This document shows, one piece after another, positions 51,211 to 62,146 of a stretch of DNA of 64,000 bases. Under the pieces are notes generated by a model that was not told the DNA's origin, made no database searches, and saw only the letters and a program-made list of their open reading frames with translations. Each line of letters opens with the position of its first letter. The stretch's first letter is position 1. Both the position numbers and the translations under genes were made by a program. Origin of the DNA: an uncultured delta proteobacterium (GTDB lineage: Bacteria > Myxococcota > B64-G9); assembly GCA_963754925.1 (NCBI GenBank), contig CAVWHX010000004.1, forward strand, positions 608,001-672,000, in the 5' to 3' direction.

Positions 51211-51780
51211 ATGTCACAGAACGCGACTAAAAACCCAGTCATCGATCTTCTCCAAAAACGCATTGCCGGTCGGTCGATCACGAGCGAGCCGCTGCCAAGT
51301 TCCCTCGTCAACGACTTAATCGAGGCGGCCCGTATGACCCCATCCTGTTTCAACAACCAACCCTGGAGATTTCTTTTCCTGCAAAGTGAAGAAGCACGTA
51401 AAAAAGGTTATGAGGTACTCGGCTCCGGCAACAAGGTTTGGGCGGGAAAAGCGCCGCTTCTGGTTATCGGTTATACCCAACGCAGCAACGATTGCGTGAT
51501 CAACGACGGGCGCGCCTACCATCAATACGATCTGGGAATGTCGGTGATGAGCATGATATTAGCGGCGACATCCCACGGCTTGACCGCCCGCCCGATGGCC
51601 GGGTTTTCTCCGGCCAAAGCAAAGGAGCTTTTCGGGTTGGCTCCGGAAGATGAGCCTCTGGTGATGGTGGCAATCGGCCGTCCCTCCGATGACGAGAGCT
51701 TCTTGCCCGATCATTACAAAGGCCTCAACCAAAAACCCCGCGAACGTAAGAGCGCCACCGAGATCGTGAAGATTATGTAG
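51211..51780 (+). CDS. Nitroreductase family protein
   Basis: PSCFNNQPWRF, DLG, PMAGF, RERK. Confidence 0.9.
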   Translation: MSQNATKNPVIDLLQKRIAGRSITSEPLPSSLVNDLIEAARMTPSCFNNQPWRFLFLQSEEARKKGYEVLGSGNKVWAGKAPLLVIGYTQRSNDCVINDGRAYHQYDLGMSVMSMILAATSHGLTARPMAGFSPAKAKELFGLAPEDEPLVMVAIGRPSDDESFLPDHYKGLNQKPRERKSATEIVKIM

Positions 51781-51891
51781 GTTAACAAGAATGACATTTG
51801 AATACCTTAGGTAACCATGAGCGTTATATCTAAATTATTTTGTAGCAATGAATGATTGCATATAACTTCGACATAGTTGTAACATGTCCCC

Positions 51892-52611
51892 ATGGCTGCC
51901 CCTAAGGCACTCAGTCTCCATCTGCCGAACCGGCAGGATTTCTTAAAACTGCTGACGCGCACCAGCCCGCGCGGGGTGTTATTTGTAGAAACCACGCGCC
52001 GGACAGAGCTTGCCGAACAAATCGTTGTGCTGGTGGATTTCCCGACCGAGAGGCGTTCGTTTAGACTACGGGGCAAGATTATCTCTCGACGAAGCTGCTC
52101 CCTGCCGCCGGGTCTGGCGACCTTGCCTGCCGGGGTAGAGGTTGAACTGGGCACCGGCGAGGAACGCACGGTGCAGCTCATCATGGACCACGTCGCCGGC
52201 AAGTCGATTGCATTCATTGACCGTAAAAGCCGGCGTGTTATTTGCGAGATCGAGATCTCCTATCGCACCGACGAGGATTTCATCAACGAGTTTATCGAGG
52301 ACATTTCAGAAGGCGGAACCTTTATCCGCACCAACCGATTGTTGCCGGTCGGTTCGCCGGTTGAATGTAAGCTCAAGCCACCGGGATACTTGTTGGGCAT
52401 CAAACTGCGCTCTCGGGTAGCCTGGGTGAAAAGCACCGGGCGGCCGCACGGCATGGGATTACAATTTTCGTTCGAAAATGAGCGAAAACGCAATAAATTA
52501 AGACGGATAATCAATAAACTTTCGGTTGAGCAATCGCGCCAGCTGATTCAAAAAATCGACGAGAAGAAAAAAGTTAACTTTTTACCTGCCTTCCGCGGTA
52601 ATCGCCATTGA
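51892..52611 (+). CDS. Tandem PilZ-domain protein (myxobacterial type)
   Basis: RKSRR, DISEGGTFI, GMGLQF. Confidence 0.85.
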   Translation: MAAPKALSLHLPNRQDFLKLLTRTSPRGVLFVETTRRTELAEQIVVLVDFPTERRSFRLRGKIISRRSCSLPPGLATLPAGVEVELGTGEERTVQLIMDHVAGKSIAFIDRKSRRVICEIEISYRTDEDFINEFIEDISEGGTFIRTNRLLPVGSPVECKLKPPGYLLGIKLRSRVAWVKSTGRPHGMGLQFSFENERKRNKLRRIINKLSVEQSRQLIQKIDEKKKVNFLPAFRGNRH

Positions 52612-52673
52612 GCAAGAGGAGCATTCTTGACGTGGCGTCACCGGAAGGCCGGCAGCTGCCGGATTACAACGTG

Positions 52674-54260
52674 TCAACTCGAAAGTTCTGGATGATTTTT
52701 TAGGCTACGGATCTCCGATGCGGCTTCCCGGCACTGCGGATTGCATTCCAGCGCGCCTTCGAACTCCTTGAGCGCCTGTTCCAGATTGCCATTACGTTTG
52801 GAAATGTACCCGAGATAGAGCCGCGGCATATCGTAATGCGGGTTTAAGGCAACCGCTTCCAGCAAGGGTTTTCGTAAAATCTCCGGTACGGGTTGGTCGG
52901 GCGGGATTTCGCCGATTGCCTTGAAGAAGCCGGCACGGCCGAGTTGGAAGTGGTAGGATGGATCCACGTGATACAGCTGGATGGCCCGTTCAAACAATTG
53001 AATAGCCTCGTCATACTGTTGATTGGAAATGGCCCGCTGACCTTTCTGCGCCTCAATATCGGCCAAGATACGGTTTGAGACTGGCTCTGCACCGGCTTTT
53101 TTTTGTTCGGTAATCGTGGCGAGGTACAGCACGCGGCTATTTTCGTTGAGGAGCACCCGATACGCGAGATTGGCCCGATTGAGCAGCCGGTGGGCCATAT
53201 CGCGCTCCCGATCACTGTTATAGGCGTTGTTGATATCTTTAAGCTTATACGTCTGCACCAACCCGGCATAGGCAGCTTGTAGCTCACGGGTATCGAAGGC
53301 AGTGCCAACGTTCAGGAACGTGAAATGATCTTCGCTGGTTGCAGCGAGCGCTTTGGACGCCAAATTCATGTCTATCCTCATGGTGCGCCGCATGTCGCTG
53401 AAGCTGCCCGGCTCCGCGTCTTCGCCTTTCTCCACCGGTTGTCCATAGTCCGCGCTGGTTTGCTCCCCTGATGCTGTCGCAATCGGGACGGCAACTTGGA
53501 TGGGTATCTCGACGGTAGTCGGCTCTCGGGGAACAACCAGCAACTCTCGATCGGCGATAGCCGGGCGGGTAGCACCCGAAGCTTCAATCAGGTCGAGCGC
53601 ATGCAGGGCGTAGAGTCCCGCCAAGAGCACCTGGAGTTCTTTGTAACTGCTCATCAGCCGAGCCAGGGTCATTCCGGTGCCGATGCTGTTGAGGATCTTG
53701 GATTCCCCGCGGCCAATCGGTATGTCCCGATCGGCGGGCAGCTGATGGGCGAGAAACGTTGTTTCCTCATCAACCGGAAACTCGGAGAGCAACCGATCAA
53801 CCGAGTAGGCCGTGCGAATTCCAATAAAGATAATCTCGGATAGGTTCCGCCGCGACAGGTGGAGTTTCGCGGGGACTGGCTTGGACTCGATGAAATAATG
53901 GAAATCACGCATGCCAAAACAATTGATAAGCTTCTTGAAGGTCTGATACTCCAAGGCGGATACCACTTCTTCGGCATTGAGCGCTCCCATGGCGATAAGC
54001 ACAGCACCGGCCTGCCTCTTAGTCTGTACCATGTCGTCGAGCATTCGCTCATACTGTTCGCGCGTAATGCGTTTCTCATCGAGGAGTATCCGTCCGAGAG
54101 TTTCTTCCTGAAGGCGTGACTGCACGTGAACCGACCAGCCTTCGTGAAAGTACAAGACTCGCTCGACCGTGCCCTCCACTAAGGACATGGTCCCCGTGAA
54201 ATGCGACTTGGCGATGGCATTAAAAACATACGGAAGATACTTCTTCGTCCCTTCAGTCAT
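52674..54260 (-). CDS. DUF4388-like / degenerate J-domain / TPR protein
   Basis: TGTM..LYFHEG..SRLQEETLGRIL N-terminus; AYRVL; C-terminal TPRs. Confidence 0.65.
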   Translation of the reverse strand: MTEGTKKYLPYVFNAIAKSHFTGTMSLVEGTVERVLYFHEGWSVHVQSRLQEETLGRILLDEKRITREQYERMLDDMVQTKRQAGAVLIAMGALNAEEVVSALEYQTFKKLINCFGMRDFHYFIESKPVPAKLHLSRRNLSEIIFIGIRTAYSVDRLLSEFPVDEETTFLAHQLPADRDIPIGRGESKILNSIGTGMTLARLMSSYKELQVLLAGLYALHALDLIEASGATRPAIADRELLVVPREPTTVEIPIQVAVPIATASGEQTSADYGQPVEKGEDAEPGSFSDMRRTMRIDMNLASKALAATSEDHFTFLNVGTAFDTRELQAAYAGLVQTYKLKDINNAYNSDRERDMAHRLLNRANLAYRVLLNENSRVLYLATITEQKKAGAEPVSNRILADIEAQKGQRAISNQQYDEAIQLFERAIQLYHVDPSYHFQLGRAGFFKAIGEIPPDQPVPEILRKPLLEAVALNPHYDMPRLYLGYISKRNGNLEQALKEFEGALECNPQCREAASEIRSLKNHPELSS

Positions 54261-54467
54261 CGAGTTATCCTACAATCCTTTTCGTCGCTGCAGGCGAAAA
54301 AACCTAAAAGGCATGCAACTCCCCCTCAGGTGTTTTTCGAGAAGACGGTTTCATTGATATCATTAGCAGACCGGTTTGCACTTGACAAGAACTTGGCACG
54401 CGCTATATCGCTGCTTTGGTTTCTATGAGATAGATAGTTCGTTCCTAGTATTGCCATGAGAGGTGTT

Positions 54468-56630
54468 ATGTCCGATAATCCTCTGCGCCGCCTTATGAAC
54501 CCCTCCTCCATCGCCACGGTCGGGGCCGGCAATAATTATATGAAAATGGGCACCATGCATGCCTTGAGCATCATCAAGGATGGTTATAACGGAGCGATAT
54601 ACCCGGTACATCCGTATGAAAAAACAATCCTGGGGCTTAAAGCGTATCCCTCGGTGGATGCTCTTCCCGTTGCGCCGGACCTGGCGTTTTTAGTTGTTCC
54701 GTCCAACCAGGTACCACAACTCATCGAAGAATTCGGCAAAAAGGGAACGCGGACGGCAATTATCGTCAGCGCCGGTTTCGGCGAAATGGGCGAAGAAGGT
54801 CGCAGGGCACAAGAAATACTCAACGAACGGGCAAACAAATATGGAATTCGTTTTCTCGGCCCCAACTGCATAGGGATTATCAACAGCGAGCTATCATTAA
54901 ACACCACGGTCATGCCCTATACCAATGGCATAGGCTCGCTGGGATTCGCCTCCCAGAGCGGTACCTATGTGACCCAGACTATCCCCTACCTCGGGAAACG
55001 AGGGATACGTTTCAGTAAAGCCATTAGCGTGGGAAACAGCGCCAACATAACCATCACCGATGCCCTCGAATACCTTGGTGAGGACGAGCAAACCAAAGCC
55101 ATCTCCCTGTATATCGAGGGTCTGACAGACATTGCGCACTTCATCGAAGTGGCGCGGAAGATAACGCCCCATAAACCGGTGCTGGCCCAGTATGTGGGCG
55201 GTTCCGGGGCAGGCGCCCGGGCAAGTATGAGCCATACCGGTTCCCTCGCGGCAGCGGATCACTTGTACGACGGCCTGTTTCGTCAAGCCGGCATCATCCG
55301 GGTTCACTCAATCGAGAAACTTTTTTCGTGCGGCAGCATGCTGGCGCTCCAGCCTATGCTGAAAGGCAAACGGATCGGCGTTATCACCAATTCCGGCGGA
55401 CCGGGGACCGCCATCGCCAACGCCCTGGAAAAGGGAGGCCTCGAAGTGCCGGAGTTCTCGCAGGAGCTTCAAGAGAGCATACGGCCAATGCTCCCCCCAC
55501 ACGCACCGCGCAGGAATCCCGTCGACATGACCTTCAGCATGAACATCAAGGCCCTCACCAACAACATCCCGAAGCTGATGCTCAAAAGCGGTGAGGTTGA
55601 CGGCATCATCATACACGGCGCGATGATGACCGGCATGTTCAGGGCTAGCTACCCTCACTATAAAAGTTTACTGAATGATGAGCCGATGGAATCCATTCTG
55701 GCGACCATGGAAAAACAAACGCTGCCGGTTTCGGAATATGTTCCCGTTTACCAAAAACCGGTGGCGGTATCCAGTTTCTACGATCGTGACGACAATTATA
55801 CGGCAGCCTACGAGGATCAGGGCATACCGGTCTTTGACGCGCCGGAAAAAGCGGCCGATGCCATGGCAATCATGCTGCGCTATAAAGAGGTCCGGGATCG
55901 AAAACCATGGACGCCGGTGACGATTCCTGCACCCTCCGCTGAAGCCAAGCGAATCATTCATGATTGTCTGTCCCGCGGAGAATATAACCTTGACGAGCAT
56001 GGATCCAAGACCTTCCTGAAATTATACGGCGTTCCGGTTACCGAAGAAGTTATGGTCAATTCGGCAGATGAAGCGGCGGTAGCGGCAAATGCCCTAGGCT
56101 ATCCCCTCGTTCTGAAGGCCAGCGCCAGCACTATCTTACATAAAACCGGCAGGGGACTCGTTCACCTGAACCTGAAATCGAAAGACGAGGTGATCGAGGC
56201 GTATCGGAACATCCAACATGCCGCCGGACAAAAAGTACCGATGATACTATATCGCATGGTTCAGGGCCTGCGAGAGTTCGTCGCCGGCATCGTAGGCGCC
56301 AGTGGTTTCGCGCCTGCGGTAATGTTCGGTCTTGGAGGGATCTTCACCGAGGCGCTGGGAGACGCGGTGTTCAGGCCGGCGCCGCTCAGTGAGGACGACG
56401 CGGCAGAAATGATCCGCGACATACAATCACAAAAATTGCTGGGAGCATTCCGCGGTATGCCAGCAGTCGATATCGAATCGCTGTCGGGATTACTCCACCG
56501 GCTGAGCCTCATTCCGCTTATGCATCCGGAAGTCAGCGAAATAGATATCAATCCGATCATTGTCGATGGATCAAAACCGGTGGCGGTGGACGCCCTAGTG
56601 GTGTTTCACAACGAAAGAAAAGCACCATGA
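54468..56630 (+). CDS. Acetate/acyl-CoA ligase (ADP-forming), fused alpha-beta
   Basis: GPNCIG, SQSG, SHTGSLA, NSGG, NPVD, HKT..G, DINP. Confidence 0.9.
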   Translation: MSDNPLRRLMNPSSIATVGAGNNYMKMGTMHALSIIKDGYNGAIYPVHPYEKTILGLKAYPSVDALPVAPDLAFLVVPSNQVPQLIEEFGKKGTRTAIIVSAGFGEMGEEGRRAQEILNERANKYGIRFLGPNCIGIINSELSLNTTVMPYTNGIGSLGFASQSGTYVTQTIPYLGKRGIRFSKAISVGNSANITITDALEYLGEDEQTKAISLYIEGLTDIAHFIEVARKITPHKPVLAQYVGGSGAGARASMSHTGSLAAADHLYDGLFRQAGIIRVHSIEKLFSCGSMLALQPMLKGKRIGVITNSGGPGTAIANALEKGGLEVPEFSQELQESIRPMLPPHAPRRNPVDMTFSMNIKALTNNIPKLMLKSGEVDGIIIHGAMMTGMFRASYPHYKSLLNDEPMESILATMEKQTLPVSEYVPVYQKPVAVSSFYDRDDNYTAAYEDQGIPVFDAPEKAADAMAIMLRYKEVRDRKPWTPVTIPAPSAEAKRIIHDCLSRGEYNLDEHGSKTFLKLYGVPVTEEVMVNSADEAAVAANALGYPLVLKASASTILHKTGRGLVHLNLKSKDEVIEAYRNIQHAAGQKVPMILYRMVQGLREFVAGIVGASGFAPAVMFGLGGIFTEALGDAVFRPAPLSEDDAAEMIRDIQSQKLLGAFRGMPAVDIESLSGLLHRLSLIPLMHPEVSEIDINPIIVDGSKPVAVDALVVFHNERKAP

Positions 56631-56736
56631 CATCCGGGTGCAACTTCTATCCATCGTATTGGCATTGGAATAAATTCAGCTTCTGTATGGTTTAGAGCAT
56701 TACAAAAAAACCCTCTGCTCAACGAGAGGACGAACC

Positions 56737-57444
56737 ATGATCGAGGTAGTCAATGTCGTCAAGCGCTACCACCAATTGGTGGCAGTTTCTGACATCAGCT
56801 TTACAGTTGAAAAAGGCGAAGTGCTCGGATTCCTGGGGCCGAACGGCGCTGGTAAAAGCACCACGATGCGCATGTTAACCGGTTTCATCCCGGCTACGTC
56901 TGGCAAGGTGATGGTTGCGGGTTTTGATGTGTTCGAGCAACCGCTCGAGGTCAAACGTCGGGTCGGCTATCTACCGGAGGTGCCGCCGCTTTACGAGGAC
57001 TTGGATGCGGTGAATTACCTCTTCTTTGTCGGGCGGCTGAAAGGTCTGACCGGCAAAAAACTTCGGCAGGAAGTCGATCGGGTGATCGAGACCTGTGGCG
57101 TCACGGAAGTCCGCACCCGGCGCATCGGAAACCTCTCCAAAGGGTTTCGTCAGCGCATCGGGCTGGCTCAGGCGCTCCTCAACGATCCCGATGTGCTCAT
57201 TCTGGACGAACCCACTATCGGTTTGGACCCAAACCAGATCGTCGAAATTCGGTCGTTGATCAAGCGCCTGAGCCAGAATCACACGGTCATTCTCTCAACC
57301 CACATTCTACCGGAGGTGGTGCAGATCTGTAAGCGTGTGGTGATTATCCATCGGGGCCGAATCGTGGCCAATGACGCTCTCGATAAGCTAACGTCCGAGC
57401 AAAAATCGCTCGAGCAGACCTTCCACGAATTGACCCAACTGTAG
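56737..57444 (+). CDS. ABC transporter ATP-binding protein (GldA-like)
   Basis: GPNGAGKST, LSKGFRQR, DEPTIGLDP. Confidence 0.92.
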   Translation: MIEVVNVVKRYHQLVAVSDISFTVEKGEVLGFLGPNGAGKSTTMRMLTGFIPATSGKVMVAGFDVFEQPLEVKRRVGYLPEVPPLYEDLDAVNYLFFVGRLKGLTGKKLRQEVDRVIETCGVTEVRTRRIGNLSKGFRQRIGLAQALLNDPDVLILDEPTIGLDPNQIVEIRSLIKRLSQNHTVILSTHILPEVVQICKRVVIIHRGRIVANDALDKLTSEQKSLEQTFHELTQL

Positions 57445-57454
57445 GAGGCGCCGG

Positions 57455-58234
57455 ATGCGAAATATCATTGCTATCCTCCGCAAGGAAGTCCGGGTAAGCT
57501 TCACGACGCCGATTGCCTACGTGGCGTACACCGTTTTTACCATTATCACCAGTTTCTTCTTCCTCAGGCTCCTGAGCGATTTCCAGCAGCGCATTCAGCT
57601 GTATTCGCAGTACAATCCGCAGATGCTGCAATACCTGAACTTCACCGATCAGGGCATACGGCCGTTGTTTTACAACGTCGCGGTAATCTTGATTTTTGTG
57701 GTGCCCTTTTTGACCATGCGCCTCATCGCCGAGGAGCGCCGCACCAAGACCATCGAACTGCTCATGACCAACCCGGTGACGCCCTTTCAGATCTCGTTGG
57801 GCAAATACTTGGGCGCGTTGACGCTGCTTGTGCCCATGCTGGCCATCATACTGCTCTACCCCGCATTGGTGTCCGCGTACGCCGAAGTCGGTTCGGTAGC
57901 CTGGGGCACGGTGTTTACGGGTCTTTTGGGTCTCTTCCTGCTCGGAGCGGCTTTTGTTGCGGTTGGTCTCTTCATCTCATCCTTGACGTCGTCTCAGGTG
58001 GTGGCGGCAGCCATTACTTTTTGCGCGCTCCTGATGCTGTGGGTGATTGGCTGGGCAGGCTCAGACAATCCCGGGGCAACCCGCGAGGTTTTGCTCTCAC
58101 TCAGCGCCATCGAGCACATTCGTGGATTCTCCGACGGGGTGATCGATCTCAAGGATGTCGTCTACTATATTTCCCTCGCAGGCCTGGGATTTTTCTTGTC
58201 CCAACGGGCTCTCGAAACCCAGCGCTGGCGTTAG
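57455..58234 (+). CDS. ABC-2 permease (GldF-like)
   Basis: TMRLIAEERRTKTIELLMT, LGKYLG. Confidence 0.9.
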   Translation: MRNIIAILRKEVRVSFTTPIAYVAYTVFTIITSFFFLRLLSDFQQRIQLYSQYNPQMLQYLNFTDQGIRPLFYNVAVILIFVVPFLTMRLIAEERRTKTIELLMTNPVTPFQISLGKYLGALTLLVPMLAIILLYPALVSAYAEVGSVAWGTVFTGLLGLFLLGAAFVAVGLFISSLTSSQVVAAAITFCALLMLWVIGWAGSDNPGATREVLLSLSAIEHIRGFSDGVIDLKDVVYYISLAGLGFFLSQRALETQRWR

Positions 58235-58247
58235 CGGAGGTGCGTTC

Positions 58248-59881
58248 ATGAGTAAGTTTGGAAGAATAATCGGCATCCTCGGCATCGTTTCGCTGCTCTC
58301 GGTGCCGCTGACATTGTTTCTCTGGGATTGGGAATTCACCTGGCTGGCGGCAACCAAGCTGTTATTTGGCGTTTTCGCGGTTATCTTTTGGCTGTTTTCT
58401 AATGCTCCCAGTCTCCGCGCGATGTTCCAGGGCCGCGCGACCTTCTACATGGCCTTCACTATCTTGTTTGTCGTCCTCGGTCTCGGCACCGCCGTTATCG
58501 CCAACTACATTTTCTATAAGTACCCTATGCGCTTCGACCTCACCAGGGAGAAGATTCACTCGCTTTCCGAACAATCAACGCGGCTGCTCGCCAAGCTCGA
58601 CGGGAAGGTTGAGGTTGTCGCTCTGTACAACGCAAAAGAGCCCCTGTACGAGATAGTGCATCAGTACCTCGAGCGGTACCGCTATGCGAGCAACCGCTTC
58701 AGCTATGAGTTTGTTGATCCGGTGGTCAGGCCGGATCTGGTGGAAAAGTACGGCATTCAAACGGGCGGACCCCGCCTGATCCTCACCTTAACGAACTCAT
58801 CCGATTCGGTAAAAGAGGAACGGGTCACGCTAGACGACGAGCGTAACCCGGAAGAAGCTATCACGACCGCCTTACTTAAACTCACCTCGACCGATACGAA
58901 GCCGAAAATTTGTTTCTCGACCGGACACGGCGAAAAGACTCTCAAGCCTGCGAACCCTGACAGCACACAACCCGACCGCGTAAGTGAGGATCAACTTAAC
59001 TCGTTGAGTCTGTTTGCGAAGGATCTGGCTATCGAGGGTTATCAAACAGACACCTTTTTGCTGCCCGAGAAAAAGGAAATACCGGCTGACTGCGGGATAG
59101 TGGTCTTGGCCGGGCCGCGCGCTAACCTCATCCCCGATGAGATTACCGCGCTCAAGAAGTACCTCGATGCCAACGGCAACCTCCTCATCTTTGTTGGAGC
59201 CCAAGATACCAACTCCCTCTCGCCGCTGTTGAAAGGGTACGGTGTCGACGTCGGCAACAACACCGTGGTCTCCCCCGAGCGGCGCTCCCCGTTGGAGGTG
59301 GTAACCAATCCAGCGCTGTATCCGAAAAACCACCCAATATTTTCACGCCTCCCCGAAGGCTATTCGGCTATCTTTCCCATGGCTCGGTCGGTGCGAACCG
59401 CGAATCCCCCGGCGAACCTGGAAGTCACGTCACTCGCATCGAGCAGCAAATATGCCTGGGCTGAAGTTGATAGCCTCACGGGAGCTTCGAAGGTAACCTA
59501 TGATGAGGGCAAAGACCTTCCGGGCCCGGTTTCAATGGCCGTTGCGGTGGTCCGCAAAGGCACTTCAAACGCTTCCGTCGATACCGCTACGACAGAAACT
59601 GCCAAAACGATGCGCTTGGTGGTTTTTCGGATCGTGCGCACCTGGCGGTCGATGCCTATTACCTGGTATATCAGTTCAACCGCAATCTCGTTATGAATAC
59701 CATAGCCTGGTTTGCCAACGAGGGCGCCGGCATCACCATCAGGCCAAATTTCAGGGCAGCAACCTTGTTGAGACTCAATGAATCTCAGATGAAATTTGTG
59801 ACCTTTTTTTCCATCGACATTCTGCCGCTCTTGATTCTAGCCTTTGGTATCGCCATCTGGCAGTCACGAAGGTGGTCGTAA
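58248..59881 (+). CDS. GldG-like auxiliary component, frameshifted near 59630
   Basis: FDLT..HSLS, GHGE, AGP; NRNLVMNTIAW and TM continue in a shifted frame. Confidence 0.85.
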
Positions 59882-61363
59882 TGACCTATCGCTCGTGGAC
59901 ATTGCTGAAAGCTGCGATTGGGCTGGTCGGGCTAACCAGCCTCGCCTTGTTTGCATTTTTCGGCGTGTATCGCGCCAAGCAATCCGAGGAGCGTGAAGAC
60001 AAATTACGCAAACAAGTATTTCAATTCGATCAGAAAAAGGTCGTTCGCATGATCGTGAGACAGGGCGCAACCCGCGTGGTGGCCGAGCGCTTGGCCGGCG
60101 AAAGCCAGGGATTAACCGCCTGGCGACTTACTGAACCGATTCAAACCGAGGGCGATACTATTTCGCTCAACGCTCTCCTCGGCACCCTCGATCGCCTCGA
60201 ATCGATTCAAACCATTGGCGGCCAGGATGGCCTTGAGAGAAAACGTTACGGCCTCGACCAGCCGCAAGGCGCGCTGCAGATAGATCTCCAGGATGGCACC
60301 AACCTGGGCCTGGTGGTGGGGAAACGCAGCAGCTATACCCATGATTTGTACGTCCAGAAAGAGGGTAGCGATGAGATACTCGTGGTAGCCGGCAGCGAGG
60401 AGACTGCCTTGTTGAAAAAACCCTTTGACCTCCGTCGCAAAGAGCTTATGAACTTTGATACCACGCAGGTGCGCTCGTTTACCCTGGCTCGGGAAACGGG
60501 AACGGTCGAGGTCGAGAAAACCAGCGACCAGTGGCGTTTGGTCAAACCGGTAGCCGACCGAGCCGACGCAAGCGAGGTTCTGCGGTTGCTTGACACTGCC
60601 CGCACCCTGCGCGCGACTGAGTTTTTCGACACGATCCACGAGGGTGAAAAAGCCTACGGCCTGGATCCACCAGCGCTCACTCTGGAAGTGGCTCTCGATT
60701 CAAAACAGACTCACCAGGTGCTCGTCCTGGGCAAAGGCACGCTTGAAAACAACAAAACCAAGTTCTACGCACGGAGCCGCGTACCCGGTTCTTCTCTGGC
60801 CGAGATCCCTGAGTACCAGGCCAAGAATCTGCAGAAGACCGCGTTTGATCTTCAGGATCGCATGCTGCTGCGCTTCGAACCAGATGCCGTATACCAGATC
60901 AAGCTGGCATCGGATGCCGAGCTTCTGGTGCTCGAGAAAAAGGTCGGGGAGGAAACCCAACGAACGCGGCGAGCCACCGACCAAAGAAGAGCGCTGGTCA
61001 TTGATCTCTCCTAAAACTGGCCCAGCCAAGAAATCCGCAGTAAGCGAACTACTGTTAAAGCTCTCTCAGCTCAAGGCCGATCAGTTCGCCGCCGATCGCA
61101 GTACGGCTGACCTGTCCCGCTTTGGCTTGCATCGGCCAAAGCTGACCGTCACCCTGCTCGGCAAGGAAGGGCAAGAACTGGGGAGCCTGAGCATCGGCGC
61201 GGCCGCCGAGCGACCGGCGGGGAATACCTTCGCGATCGGCACCAATCGACCCGCCATCTGCCAAGTAGAAACAAAACAGCTTGATCCGATTCGCATTGGC
61301 GTCAAGGAGTTAGAGGAGGGTTCGACTCCAGCACCACCCAACGATTCAAAACCAGCACCGTGA
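59881..61363 (+). CDS. DUF4340-like protein, frameshift near 60955
   Basis: N-terminal TM; three W.L..P...YGL..P repeats. Confidence 0.8.
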
Positions 61364-61399
61364 TTTGAGTTGATCACACACCATTCTTGTGCTTGTATC

Positions 61400-61442
61400 G
61401 ACAAGAGACTGTTACGAGCGAAGCGAGTTACAGTCTCTTGTC
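61400..61442. repeat. REP-like palindrome copy 6
   Basis: gacaagagactgt-tacgagcgaagcgagtt-acagtctcttgtc. Confidence 0.8.
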
Positions 61443-61494
61443 CCTTAAAGGAATGCCGCTTTAGTTTATCGCCGTGGGGCGGAGGCAATGCGCA

Positions 61495-62142
61495 ATGACC
61501 CTGATCGGAGTTCCCACGAAGCCCCGTATTCTGGTAATAGACGACGAGGAGGTCGTTCGGCTCCTTTTTCAGAGCATGCTCACCGACGAGGGGTATGAGA
61601 CCCTGCTCGCTGAAGACGGCCGTGAAGGCATAACGCTCCTCGATCGCTATGCGCCACCCTTGGTGTTAGTCGATAAAAACCTGCCCGACATTTCGGGACT
61701 TGAGTTGATTGCCAATCAGAAACTGCGCCATCCCAACACCGAGTTCATTATGATCACCGGGTACGCCTCGCTCGATTCAGCGGTAAAAGCCATGGAGGTC
61801 GGGGCGTTTTCCTATCTCACGAAGCCATTTGAAGACATGGAAGTCGTCATGGACCGCGTGCGGGCGGCGCTGGAGGTGAGCAACCTCCGGATTGAGACGG
61901 CTTTGCTGCGGGAACGGATCGAACGCATCTCAGATAGTCACCACGATGCTAATCAGTCGGAGACTATCAATGCAACGGTTTTTGATCAAATGCGCCACAC
62001 CCTCAACTTCCTCGAGTCGTTCCGCGATAAGCGCGATCAACCTCCGCCCCCGCCGATTTGGGCGCGGATGGTTGACATGATCGAGGATGAGTGCCGGCGT
62101 TTGAAAAAAATCTTTGAAGAAACAGGCAATGCTAAAGGATAG
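61495..62142 (+). CDS. Response regulator (receiver plus short helical tail)
   Basis: IDDE, DKNLP, ITG, KPF. Confidence 0.88.
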   Translation: MTLIGVPTKPRILVIDDEEVVRLLFQSMLTDEGYETLLAEDGREGITLLDRYAPPLVLVDKNLPDISGLELIANQKLRHPNTEFIMITGYASLDSAVKAMEVGAFSYLTKPFEDMEVVMDRVRAALEVSNLRIETALLRERIERISDSHHDANQSETINATVFDQMRHTLNFLESFRDKRDQPPPPPIWARMVDMIEDECRRLKKIFEETGNAKG

Positions 62143-62146
62143 AAAG

